Shown in pieces: positions 9,309 to 18,188 of a stretch of 64,000 bases of DNA. The notes beneath the pieces were generated by a model. It did not search any database. It was not told where the DNA came from and worked only from the letters and a program-made list of their open reading frames with translations. Within the stretch, counting starts at the first letter, position 1. Each line of letters starts with the position of its first letter. A program made the translations under genes and the position numbers. The DNA is taken from the IMG/VR virus record IMGVR_UViG_3300013104_000001, positions 1 to 64,000 of that record. One strand, written 5' to 3'.

Positions 9309-10307
9309 ATGTCTCATGACCATCAATTCAACGAGGTGTCAAGCCAAGCGCACTTCAACTATGATTCAGATTGTAAGATAAGTTATTTCATTAAGTCAGA
9401 ATTGAGATCACCCTTGGTAGTCCGTCATCGAAGTGGCATGGATAACGTAATCCCTGGTAAGATGTTTGGCGGGGGTGTCTCTAATCGTGTAGAAATCATG
9501 CTCGAGTTTCAAGTTAAAGAGCAAGTATTTCTCGACATTAATAGTAAATCAATTGAGGAGCTGCCGCCTGAATACGCCGTGATAGCAAAATCTATCGGGG
9601 CTATCAGAGAACGTCGTGTGAGGGAAATGGGTAATTACTTCGTTGGTAGAGTGATGTACACATTCACGCAAGATTACTTTGATCGCTTTGATGGGACGTT
9701 CTATTTCTCTGTATTGGATATGGTGTTGTCAACCAATCAGATCGAAGAAACAGAACTGCATCCTTACTCTGTACATGCAAAGCAACAATCCATGGCAGAG
9801 AAAATAAAGGACGATTATGCTGGCTTAGTGACTTATGCAGTAAAGCTGGTAGATTCGCAGATGCAATTAGGCCCAAAATACATAAACATCGGAGGTGATG
9901 TTTTTGAGCTTATACCCACCGAAGGAACCGGGACCGAATCAGCTGACGGTCTCTACTTCATCGGTGACAGTCCAGTGACACGGCCTAACCGTAATAGACG
10001 GGATAGTCGTACTCGATTCATTCCCATGGATAAAATTGTAGCGAACCCTGATCAGTATGGATTGTATCCGACTATTGGTGAGGCGCGACATCGTGGGGAT
10101 AAACAATTGGATGCGGCTTATAATGCATTGGATGTTGCAAAAGGGAAGGAAAGGAAGGCGCAGGAGAAGATAGCTCAACTGGAAACTCAGATTGAGGGAT
10201 TCAAGGCAAAAGAGAAACAGGACAACAGTATGGTTCTCAACAAAGGGATAACGGAGCTCATCAAACTCGTAACCGCTACGATCGGTATTGTTAAACTCTT
10301 GAGGTAA
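9309..10307 (+). CDS. conserved hypothetical protein preceding the RNAP subunit (start 9285 or 9309)
   Basis: Long ORF with C-terminal coiled coil and hydrophobic end; matches the gene slot between capsid and RNAP genes in phiKZ-like phages. Confidence 0.75.
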   Translation: MSHDHQFNEVSSQAHFNYDSDCKISYFIKSELRSPLVVRHRSGMDNVIPGKMFGGGVSNRVEIMLEFQVKEQVFLDINSKSIEELPPEYAVIAKSIGAIRERRVREMGNYFVGRVMYTFTQDYFDRFDGTFYFSVLDMVLSTNQIEETELHPYSVHAKQQSMAEKIKDDYAGLVTYAVKLVDSQMQLGPKYINIGGDVFELIPTEGTGTESADGLYFIGDSPVTRPNRNRRDSRTRFIPMDKIVANPDQYGLYPTIGEARHRGDKQLDAAYNALDVAKGKERKAQEKIAQLETQIEGFKAKEKQDNSMVLNKGITELIKLVTATIGIVKLLR

Positions 10308-10311
10308 CTCA

Positions 10312-12000
10312 ATGGACCCGTTGCTCGAAACCGCCATAAAGAACATTGTGCCATGGATGAATCCAGACATTAGTAATGGATTCGTAAAACGTGAGTTGGA
10401 TAAAGCGTTGGAATTTCTCAACAACGTCTTCCATAGCGCGTTTGGCAGTCTGGGGTCAAATATAAAGTACGTAGGGTACAGTCGTTGTCGGCCTGATGAA
10501 GAGTATCGCTTTAGCCTGAAAAGGAATGGCGGGACTACAGCTTCAAAGGCGCGTTATGAATTAGCCAGATCTGATGTGTTCCTGGTGAAGTTCAATTTCA
10601 CGATCGATAATAAACCAACCAAACCACTGCTGCTCTATATACCGTATTGTGATGATACGGGGCTGATGCATTTGCGCGGGACAGCGCACACCATCACGCC
10701 GGTGTTGGAAGACCCGGGAATCTCGGTGACTCGAGATGGTTGTTTCTTCCGCGTGACTTGTGACAAGATCGTTGTGAAGCGAACTGGTCACACCATCTGT
10801 CGTGATGTGGTTGATATCACACAGAAACGTACACGCATCCAGAAACATATCAACATCCCGTGGAGTAAGATCTATCGTCCTAAGCAACAGAAGGCAAACT
10901 CTGCAAAGACAGCGCCGGTGACATCCCTCCCTCACTATCTGTTTGCAAAGTACGGTGTGACGTATACCTTTAAGAAGTATGCGGGTGTGGACATCGTGTA
11001 TGGTTCTGAGCTGGATATCACAGCAGAGAACTATCCTGATAAAGAGTGGACACGTTTCTACTCGGCTAAACAAACTCACCCAAACAACAAGCGTCCTTCT
11101 CAGGAATGGGTACCAACGTCTGCTGCGTTAGCGGTCAGAACAAACAACCCCACTCCGATTATTGACATCCTTGTTGCAGGCTACTTCTATGTCGCCGACT
11201 GTTACACCCATGAATTCAATCCGATGCACTCTGATGAACCAGATCACTGGCGTCTGATGATGGGTAAGATGGTCTTCAACAAAACGGTTAAGTATGTACA
11301 GATGACGGAGTATCTCTCTCCACACTTTGCATCGCTTGATACGTATTTGGACGACATCGCAAAAGAGAACCTGGCTAACGAAGGCGTGTTATGTGAAGAC
11401 ATCTATGAACTGATGTCCTATCTCATTTCCAACCTGGATTATCTGATCAATACCGTTAACCTGGCAAGCATGTATAATAAAAAGTTAGTTGTACTGCCAT
11501 ACGTGCTGTCACCGATCATCCACGGTATCTTCTATACCAAGTTCAATCTGATGCAACAATGCAAGAAACGGGCTATTGACACGACCACCGGGGAAGAAGT
11601 AATGGTGTTCAGTGAGGATACGTTGTTTGACGTCCTAGGCCGTAACTTGAAGCCAGAAGCGATTAACAAAGTGAAAGGGCCAGACCATGGCATGATTAGC
11701 TCTGTAGCCGCACCTGGTGACAATAAGATGTTTAAGATAAATAATAAGATCACACTACAGCAGAACGCAACACAATCAGGTGGACGACGCAACGAGTCTC
11801 CAATGACCGATGAGTCGAAAGGATTGGATGTGAGTATCGCTGACTGCGGTTCTTATCTCCACGTAACCAAACCGGATCCAACTGGTCGATCGCTAATTAA
11901 CCCTTTTAAAATGCTGGTCAATGATAAGTTCCTGCCGTCGAAGGTTCACGAAGAACTCTTCAATAACGTGCAGAGCATTATTACACGCCGCAATATTTAA
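10312..12000 (+). CDS. non-virion RNA polymerase beta-type subunit, N-terminal part (phiKZ gp123-like)
   Basis: TPVLEDPGISVT, HYLFAKYG, PDPTGRSLINP motifs; 562 aa; position downstream of the capsid gene. Confidence 0.8.
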   Translation: MDPLLETAIKNIVPWMNPDISNGFVKRELDKALEFLNNVFHSAFGSLGSNIKYVGYSRCRPDEEYRFSLKRNGGTTASKARYELARSDVFLVKFNFTIDNKPTKPLLLYIPYCDDTGLMHLRGTAHTITPVLEDPGISVTRDGCFFRVTCDKIVVKRTGHTICRDVVDITQKRTRIQKHINIPWSKIYRPKQQKANSAKTAPVTSLPHYLFAKYGVTYTFKKYAGVDIVYGSELDITAENYPDKEWTRFYSAKQTHPNNKRPSQEWVPTSAALAVRTNNPTPIIDILVAGYFYVADCYTHEFNPMHSDEPDHWRLMMGKMVFNKTVKYVQMTEYLSPHFASLDTYLDDIAKENLANEGVLCEDIYELMSYLISNLDYLINTVNLASMYNKKLVVLPYVLSPIIHGIFYTKFNLMQQCKKRAIDTTTGEEVMVFSEDTLFDVLGRNLKPEAINKVKGPDHGMISSVAAPGDNKMFKINNKITLQQNATQSGGRRNESPMTDESKGLDVSIADCGSYLHVTKPDPTGRSLINPFKMLVNDKFLPSKVHEELFNNVQSIITRRNI

Positions 12001-12149
12001 TGAGCCTACATCATGAAATTGTCAACAGACTTGTTTGTACCGATTCATGATCCAACGTCGACAAAGCCCGTGCAGCCGCGCTTGTAAGTTAAGTCGAATA
12101 ATTACCACTTTGTAGAACAGATCGTTTTGATCTGTAAAAGGAAACCGTT

Positions 12150-14675
12150 ATGAGCAACATGTATCCGCAGATGATGGGTCAAGGAGTGCAGATGTATCCT
12201 CAGCAGCAAATGTATCCTCAACAGATGATGCCGCCGCAGATGATGCAACAGCAGCAAACTCCTCAAATCGATAAGCAAGCGTTGGCACAAGCCTTTGCAA
12301 AGTTTATCAATCAGGCCACCCAGTCTCAACAAAACCAGCTTACCTCTTATATCTACAACCGCTACACCCAGAATAACTATCAAAACCCTGAGTTCCAGTC
12401 CGCTGTGAACACGGTGCTTGCGATGTATATGCTGGGTATGCAAACTGCACCGGGTCAACATCCGCAGCAGCTGCAAGCGGCAGCGGTAACGGATGCGTAT
12501 GAGATTACTGCAATTCAGGAATTAATGAAGCAGCCGCAGATGGCACAGATGTTGCCTCCGCAGACTGTCTCAGCCCTGGTGCAGAACATTCCGCGTTTAC
12601 AACAGGCAATGAACCAGAGTTTCTCTCAGTTACAATTGCCAATCGTTCAACTGCAAGTTCCAGGTTATCAGTTGCAGAACCAAATGATGCCGCAATTCGG
12701 AATGGCACCAGGCTATAATGCGCAGATGATGCCACAGCCTGGTTACGTTCCGCAGCAGCAGCCGATGAGCAACTATAACGTTCTGCAAGCACCACAGCAG
12801 TTCAATACCTACAATCAACATGCAAACGACAATTACGGTATGAGCGATGCTCGTGCTCAGTTGCCGCCAAAGCCTGCTGACGGTAAGTATTATGGTCCAG
12901 CTGCAATTGAAACTTCATCTGCAAGCAAACCGTCGGGTATTCAACCGGTAACTATCCCGCCTGTTGGAACCAGTGAAGCACGGCTCACCCTACCGCCGCT
13001 GGTAACTACTCAGCAGCAACAGCAGCCGCAGGTGCCATTGCATCAGCAAGGTGTGTTACAGGAGTTCTCCACACCTAATCTGTTAAACGACATGAATGCG
13101 CAAGCTGCCATGATCCCACCAAGCGATATCAACTTTGATCAGGTGATGTCAATGCAGGCTGAAGACGAAGAAGAAGCAATGTTCAACGTCCCAATGCCTG
13201 ATCAGGAAGAAATGCTGGCGATTAATGCGGGTAATGCTACTGATGATCATCAGAGCCCTTATCCAAGTTTCTCCAGCATCTTTGGTGCGGCAAGTCAAGG
13301 CGCTAATCTGAGCAGTGCTGCTGAACAAGCGATGGTTCCGCCTCCAATGGAAGCTATTCAGCAACAAGTACAGGTTCCGGCTGAGCAGTTACCAGAAGTC
13401 GTCGTACAGCAGGAAACCCAGTTGTCCAAAGATGGTTTACCGGACGGCTGGATGTATACCGAAGATCTGGAAGTCGGTGAGTTCCTGAAGCTGATGGTAG
13501 AAGCTAAACGTAATCGTAAGCATCCGGTTCCGATGCATTATGACCGTACTTACATGACCCGTCTGTATCGCTACGGCGAGAAAGGCGAAATTGAACAGAA
13601 AATCGTAGGAGTAACCATGGACAGACTTCGTCATGACATTAGCTCACTGGACGACAACAGTGCACTGGAAGGTGCGCGTGAGCAAGTGGCGCTGTTCACC
13701 CCATTAGTTGCAACGATGGTTGATGCGGCTAATAAAGTGGTGAAAGAAAACGATAAGGATCCGGTAAAAGTCACAGAAGCACTTAAAGAGAAGGATATCT
13801 TTATTGTGGCTAAAGCGGTAACTGTTTCTTGTCGTCAAGAAGCAGCTATTCTGATCGCGGGTCGTGCGGGTGAGCTGCAGAAGCTTAATGGCAACAAACA
13901 CGGTTATGAGTATTACTACCGTGAAGCGATGGTGCTGCAAACAGCGAAGAACGTCAACGATGTTGTATTGTCGGATGATGTTAAGCCGTTAACTCAGCGC
14001 AGTCGTATTAACAACCTGATGGAACTCTCTCAGGCGATTCGTGCTGCACGTGAAGGCGGTTCGCTGTCTCCACAGGCACTGGGTAAATTGACCACGCACA
14101 TCACTGAAGTACTCAATGACGTGTTAACGCACGAATATGCGTATTCCGGTCAGTTGTTGCTGACAGGTCTGGATGAAGACGGTCTTCCGATGAACCTCGA
14201 AGATGAGCTGGTGCAGTTTGTTCTGTACATGGATCAATCTGACGATAATCGTGAAGTTCTGGAATTGATCCATAAACGTTGGGTGCCGCTGCGTGAGCGT
14301 CTGTGCATTATCTTAACTGATGATTCACTGAAAGCCTCACAGAACATCCTGGCGCGTCGTTACGCTACCGGTGATGATCTGGAAGGCCTGCTCGAAGCAA
14401 CCAGTAACATGATGATCGCATTGTCTGTGGTGAGTGTTACCCAGCTCAATCGTTCTAGCCGTGATCTGAAGATTGATAACAAAGATCGTATCTTTGCAGT
14501 CAACCAGTCAGACTCGCCGTATCTGTACAGCGTACTGCAGGGTATCCATGAACGTACCGGTAAACATGATGTGCGTTACACTAAGCATCGTGTGGTAACT
14601 ACCGATGGTCGTTTCATGAACTTTACCCGTGGTGGCTTCGGTGATGGCTCTGTGTTCATTGTGAACTTCGAGTAA
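12150..14675 (+). CDS. large protein with Q/P/M-rich low-complexity N-terminal half
   Basis: MYPQQ-type repeats and poly-Q over about the first 400 aa; globular C-terminal half; GGAAA RBS. Confidence 0.85.
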   Translation: MSNMYPQMMGQGVQMYPQQQMYPQQMMPPQMMQQQQTPQIDKQALAQAFAKFINQATQSQQNQLTSYIYNRYTQNNYQNPEFQSAVNTVLAMYMLGMQTAPGQHPQQLQAAAVTDAYEITAIQELMKQPQMAQMLPPQTVSALVQNIPRLQQAMNQSFSQLQLPIVQLQVPGYQLQNQMMPQFGMAPGYNAQMMPQPGYVPQQQPMSNYNVLQAPQQFNTYNQHANDNYGMSDARAQLPPKPADGKYYGPAAIETSSASKPSGIQPVTIPPVGTSEARLTLPPLVTTQQQQQPQVPLHQQGVLQEFSTPNLLNDMNAQAAMIPPSDINFDQVMSMQAEDEEEAMFNVPMPDQEEMLAINAGNATDDHQSPYPSFSSIFGAASQGANLSSAAEQAMVPPPMEAIQQQVQVPAEQLPEVVVQQETQLSKDGLPDGWMYTEDLEVGEFLKLMVEAKRNRKHPVPMHYDRTYMTRLYRYGEKGEIEQKIVGVTMDRLRHDISSLDDNSALEGAREQVALFTPLVATMVDAANKVVKENDKDPVKVTEALKEKDIFIVAKAVTVSCRQEAAILIAGRAGELQKLNGNKHGYEYYYREAMVLQTAKNVNDVVLSDDVKPLTQRSRINNLMELSQAIRAAREGGSLSPQALGKLTTHITEVLNDVLTHEYAYSGQLLLTGLDEDGLPMNLEDELVQFVLYMDQSDDNREVLELIHKRWVPLRERLCIILTDDSLKASQNILARRYATGDDLEGLLEATSNMMIALSVVSVTQLNRSSRDLKIDNKDRIFAVNQSDSPYLYSVLQGIHERTGKHDVRYTKHRVVTTDGRFMNFTRGGFGDGSVFIVNFE

Positions 14676-14710
14676 CATAAGGAGGAGGGCTTCGGTCCTC
14701 CTTTATGCCG
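14676..14710 (+). terminator. hairpin + TTATGCCG element
   Basis: CATAA-GGAGGAGGGC-TTCG-GTCCTCCT-TTATGCCG. Confidence 0.75.
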
Positions 14711-14716
14711 CCTATC

Positions 14717-15019
14717 ATGCAACTACTGCACAGTAACGTAAGAGAGCGCTTCAGCGCGTGTATAACCGCTTCTTCAGCAAAAGCATACAAAGACATCATT
14801 GCTGACGTTTGGCACGCGTTAGATGCCACACGTTTGCTCAAACCCTATCGTATGATCTTGATATTAAAAGGTGATATCATTCACGTGGTTTACGATACCA
14901 CTCTAGGGCATGAGTACACATTTGATATTCCACCCTTTGCCGATATTAAGGAAAGCTTCGAACGTAGCAACATAACAACGCAAACTTTCTTTAACGCAGC
15001 AACTAACTCTAAACAGTGA
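14717..15019 (+). CDS. hypothetical protein
   Basis: ORF track 14705 start lies in the repeat motif; next in-frame ATG at 14717. Confidence 0.55.
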   Translation: MQLLHSNVRERFSACITASSAKAYKDIIADVWHALDATRLLKPYRMILILKGDIIHVVYDTTLGHEYTFDIPPFADIKESFERSNITTQTFFNAATNSKQ

Positions 15020-15025
15020 GGTACT

Positions 15026-15199
15026 ATGACAAGAAGTATAGCAACCGGTCCTAAACGTGTTATGCGATCTGTAGGAAATGTAAGACCTGAAACTGTGCAC
15101 ATTCGTGCAAGTCTTAAGCTGGTTAGCGGATCATGGGTAGTTATCCCACCGACACCAAAGCTCATTGAACAAGACTATGGCATCCCACGCATACATTAA
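15026..15199 (+). CDS. small hypothetical protein (57 aa), not in the ORF track
   Basis: GAGGT RBS 5 nt before ATG 15026; MTRSIATGPKRVMRSVG...YGIPRIH; stops just before a terminator. Confidence 0.6.
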   Translation: MTRSIATGPKRVMRSVGNVRPETVHIRASLKLVSGSWVVIPPTPKLIEQDYGIPRIH

Positions 15200-15200
15200 C

Positions 15201-15261
15201 CGGCATAAGAGGAGATCTCCCATGACGGGAGATCTCCTCTGCTATGCTTCTTTTTTTTTTT
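15201..15261. terminator. bidirectional terminator between convergent genes
   Basis: CGGCATA-AGAGGAGATCTCCC-ATGAC-GGGAGATCTCCTCT-GCTATGC then T11. Confidence 0.85.
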
Positions 15262-15264
15262 GGT

Positions 15265-18156
15265 TTAGAACGAGAACTTAGGACCACTATCGTCGTCGTT
15301 AAAATCGTCATCGGTTGGATCAGGTAGCTTAGGTGTACCATCCGCATTCAAATCAGAGTTTTCGTCATCCTCGTTATTGTTTTCGTTGCCGTTCTCATCA
15401 CCGTTTTCATCCTCAGGCTTTGGCTCGGTGAACGATGGTTCACTTGGTGCCGCCTCAGGAGTGATTGGGTTGCCCTCATCATCAAACTCCTGTTCTGGCT
15501 CTGCCATTGGATTAGCTGACTGATCGCCTAACTGATCGTTACCTTTCAGTTTGTCGTATTTCGCCTGCAGTTTATCCTCAACCTTCTTCTTATCTTTCAG
15601 ATAGATCAAGATCCCTTCCCACACGCCTTCGTTGTAGTTGATGATCTCAGCTAACAATGCAGCGGTCTGGTTAGTATCCTCACCCAAATCATTCAGAATA
15701 GCAAAGCGTTCGGCATTACCAGAATCATCCATCCATTTACGCATGTACATGGCGATGAGTTCTTGACGCCAGGTTTCCAGATCATCATCACTGCCTTCCA
15801 AGAACTTGGTCAGCGTGGTGTTCGGGAAGCGGTCATTGATAGCAGCTTCGGTGAACTCACGTTGTGTCTGGTAAGCACGAGTCAGATCTTCCATGTCTGT
15901 CGTTTCAGGTTCAGGCAGCGTACAGATGATCGAGTTGATGAAGTTTGTCAGAAGACGGTTAGCAATCGCTTCGTCATTCTTCGCCACGTCAGGATTCTGT
16001 TCTTTGAAATCTTCCATCATCTTCTTGCCTTTAGCAGAAGACGGTGCCCAGAGTTTCTTGTTCTCCATGATAATTTCATAAAGGTCGTTCATGAGGTTAC
16101 CCGATTTAAAGGTAAGCTTACGAACCAGATCAGAAGCATGACCACAAACCACACGCTGGTTCTCAACGATCTCCTGGCAGAACAATGCATCGTTGTTGAT
16201 GTGCTCAATCGCAAACTTGATATCGTTTTGTGACGAGATCAGTTCAGGACGTACACCCCACATCTGCGAGAGGAACTCCATCAAGCGATCGTTCCATTCT
16301 ACATCCGGTGGCGTGATATCACGTTTAGAGTGAGTCATGTCCACGTTAATAGAAGGATAGTGATCGTTACCACCGGTCTTAACGATTACGCTTGCCGCGT
16401 CCATGATGTTACACACGTCACGTGGGTTCTTCGCACCGATAATAGAAGAGAGACCGAGTGTTGAGTTCAGATGCGTCGAGATAACATCTTCGATCGTGCT
16501 CTCAGGCTCAGTGTCTTCTTCATCCAGCGGAATATCCAGCGTGGTGATGTTCACAGAGTTAGCGATGTTCGCCATGGTGGTTGCAATGATGTTCGACATT
16601 GCCATTGATGCATACAGACGTGATTTGTCCAGCAGAGAACGACCAATACCAAAGCGGTTGTAATCAAACGCAAAGTAAGTCATCGACTCTTCAGGAATGT
16701 ACAGCACTTTGGTCTGCAGGTTCTGCAACGTACGCGCAAACATGATACGCATGACTTCGTTAGTTAACCCAACCGTCATGGTCTGGCCGTATGTTCCGTT
16801 AGCCAGGCGTTGTACCAGATCTTTCTCAACTTCTTCAACATACTTCGCGTAGAACGCGCTAGTATCGACATTGCAGTTACCACCAGTTTTCATCTGGTTG
16901 GCCATCTCGATAATGCCTTTGGTGCTATCGATGCCGTTATTGGTATCCTGCTTGTTTTTGAAGAGATCTTGATAGTACGCGTCATTCTGTGCTGTACGCA
17001 GTGGGTTACCGCTCTCATCAAGCAAGACGAAGTAACCGACACGGTGTTTGAAGTCACCAGGCACGTGAACAGGAATCACACATTCAGATGGCAGATGCAT
17101 CAACAATGGCTGTCCCACGTTCTCACGGCTAAGCTCATCATCACGACTTACTGACACGATACCTGTCGCAACATAATCGCGTTGTTTAAACAGATCGTTA
17201 TAAATGTCAGCATACTGCTCATCAGTCAGTACGTTAGACTGATTGACTTTTGAGCCAGACTTGTCTTTCGACTTACCCTTACCTTTATCATCATACGCTT
17301 CGATACCGGCACGACGAATACCTGCAGGGATACGTTGACGCTTCGCCATGTTATTACGAGCCAGGGCTAACTTAAAGCGTGGCATGGCAAGTACAGCATC
17401 ATTGTCAGTCACTGTGATACCGAGCTTGTTGTCTTTGTCAATGCCGTTTGCCGTCTGGATATGGTCAACGGTCATAAATGGCGTATTGCCACTCATCAAG
17501 CTTTCCAATGAGGCGGTCATAAGCATGTTGCTGTTGCCAGGGTTACCGAGATAGCCTTTGGATTTAAAGCGACCAGCCTCAGCATCGTAATCGTCAGCAA
17601 TGGCTTCCATACCGGAACCGCGTGTATGACCATTGATCACGTTATCGAGTGAGGACTGTGACAGCACTGCCCACGCAGAAGAACCGGTGTTAAAAAGCAT
17701 GTCAGGAACGATCTCTGACAACTTCTTAGTAATTTTATAGTTCTTTTCTATGTAGTCGCGTACTTCGCCGATCAACATCAGGTTAAGCTCAGTATTCTTC
17801 CCTTCGTAAGACTCGGTGGTATACGCCAGTGAAACGGTGCGTAAGTTACGAGGAGAAAGAATAGACGCTGTAAGGATTTTACATGCCTTGATTGCGCCCG
17901 GTACACTTTCCATCAGTTCAGTGTTTGAATCGATGCTTGTGCTGGTGATCTTTGAGATCTGTTGCAACATCCCAGGGTTAGGGCCATTGCCGTTATTACG
18001 ACGACCACCGCCCGACGTCCGATTTTTATCTTTTGGTTTGTTGTCTTTAGGAACCAACAGCTCAATGATCGTCTTCGTCGCAGGATCTTTATTGAGTAAA
18101 TTTATTTTTGGTGTAGCAGCTCTTTTACTGCCCGCCAAGCGATTCGATTCGGCCAT
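15265..18156 (-). CDS. portal protein (phiKZ gp129-like)
   Basis: About 960 aa, minus strand, divergent from a large virion gene; YFAFDYNRFGIGRSL motif; acidic C-terminal tail; AAGGAG RBS before ATG 18156. Confidence 0.72.
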   Translation of the reverse strand: MAESNRLAGSKRAATPKINLLNKDPATKTIIELLVPKDNKPKDKNRTSGGGRRNNGNGPNPGMLQQISKITSTSIDSNTELMESVPGAIKACKILTASILSPRNLRTVSLAYTTESYEGKNTELNLMLIGEVRDYIEKNYKITKKLSEIVPDMLFNTGSSAWAVLSQSSLDNVINGHTRGSGMEAIADDYDAEAGRFKSKGYLGNPGNSNMLMTASLESLMSGNTPFMTVDHIQTANGIDKDNKLGITVTDNDAVLAMPRFKLALARNNMAKRQRIPAGIRRAGIEAYDDKGKGKSKDKSGSKVNQSNVLTDEQYADIYNDLFKQRDYVATGIVSVSRDDELSRENVGQPLLMHLPSECVIPVHVPGDFKHRVGYFVLLDESGNPLRTAQNDAYYQDLFKNKQDTNNGIDSTKGIIEMANQMKTGGNCNVDTSAFYAKYVEEVEKDLVQRLANGTYGQTMTVGLTNEVMRIMFARTLQNLQTKVLYIPEESMTYFAFDYNRFGIGRSLLDKSRLYASMAMSNIIATTMANIANSVNITTLDIPLDEEDTEPESTIEDVISTHLNSTLGLSSIIGAKNPRDVCNIMDAASVIVKTGGNDHYPSINVDMTHSKRDITPPDVEWNDRLMEFLSQMWGVRPELISSQNDIKFAIEHINNDALFCQEIVENQRVVCGHASDLVRKLTFKSGNLMNDLYEIIMENKKLWAPSSAKGKKMMEDFKEQNPDVAKNDEAIANRLLTNFINSIICTLPEPETTDMEDLTRAYQTQREFTEAAINDRFPNTTLTKFLEGSDDDLETWRQELIAMYMRKWMDDSGNAERFAILNDLGEDTNQTAALLAEIINYNEGVWEGILIYLKDKKKVEDKLQAKYDKLKGNDQLGDQSANPMAEPEQEFDDEGNPITPEAAPSEPSFTEPKPEDENGDENGNENNNEDDENSDLNADGTPKLPDPTDDDFNDDDSGPKFSF

Positions 18157-18188
18157 TTTAAAGAGGCTCCTTGCAGTGGGAGAATAGC

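Noticed and set aside
12150-12260. Tandem CAG/CAA-rich repeats as a possible CRISPR array or satellite
   Set aside because: In-frame coding repeats with no repeat-spacer structure; no cas genes.
14890-15165. 91-aa minus-strand ORF
   Set aside because: Overlaps two + strand ORFs, one with a strong RBS, and has no terminator or RBS support.
15763-18187. Several + strand ORFs (60-156 aa) inside the portal gene
   Set aside because: Fully antisense to a long conserved gene and lacking protein-like features.
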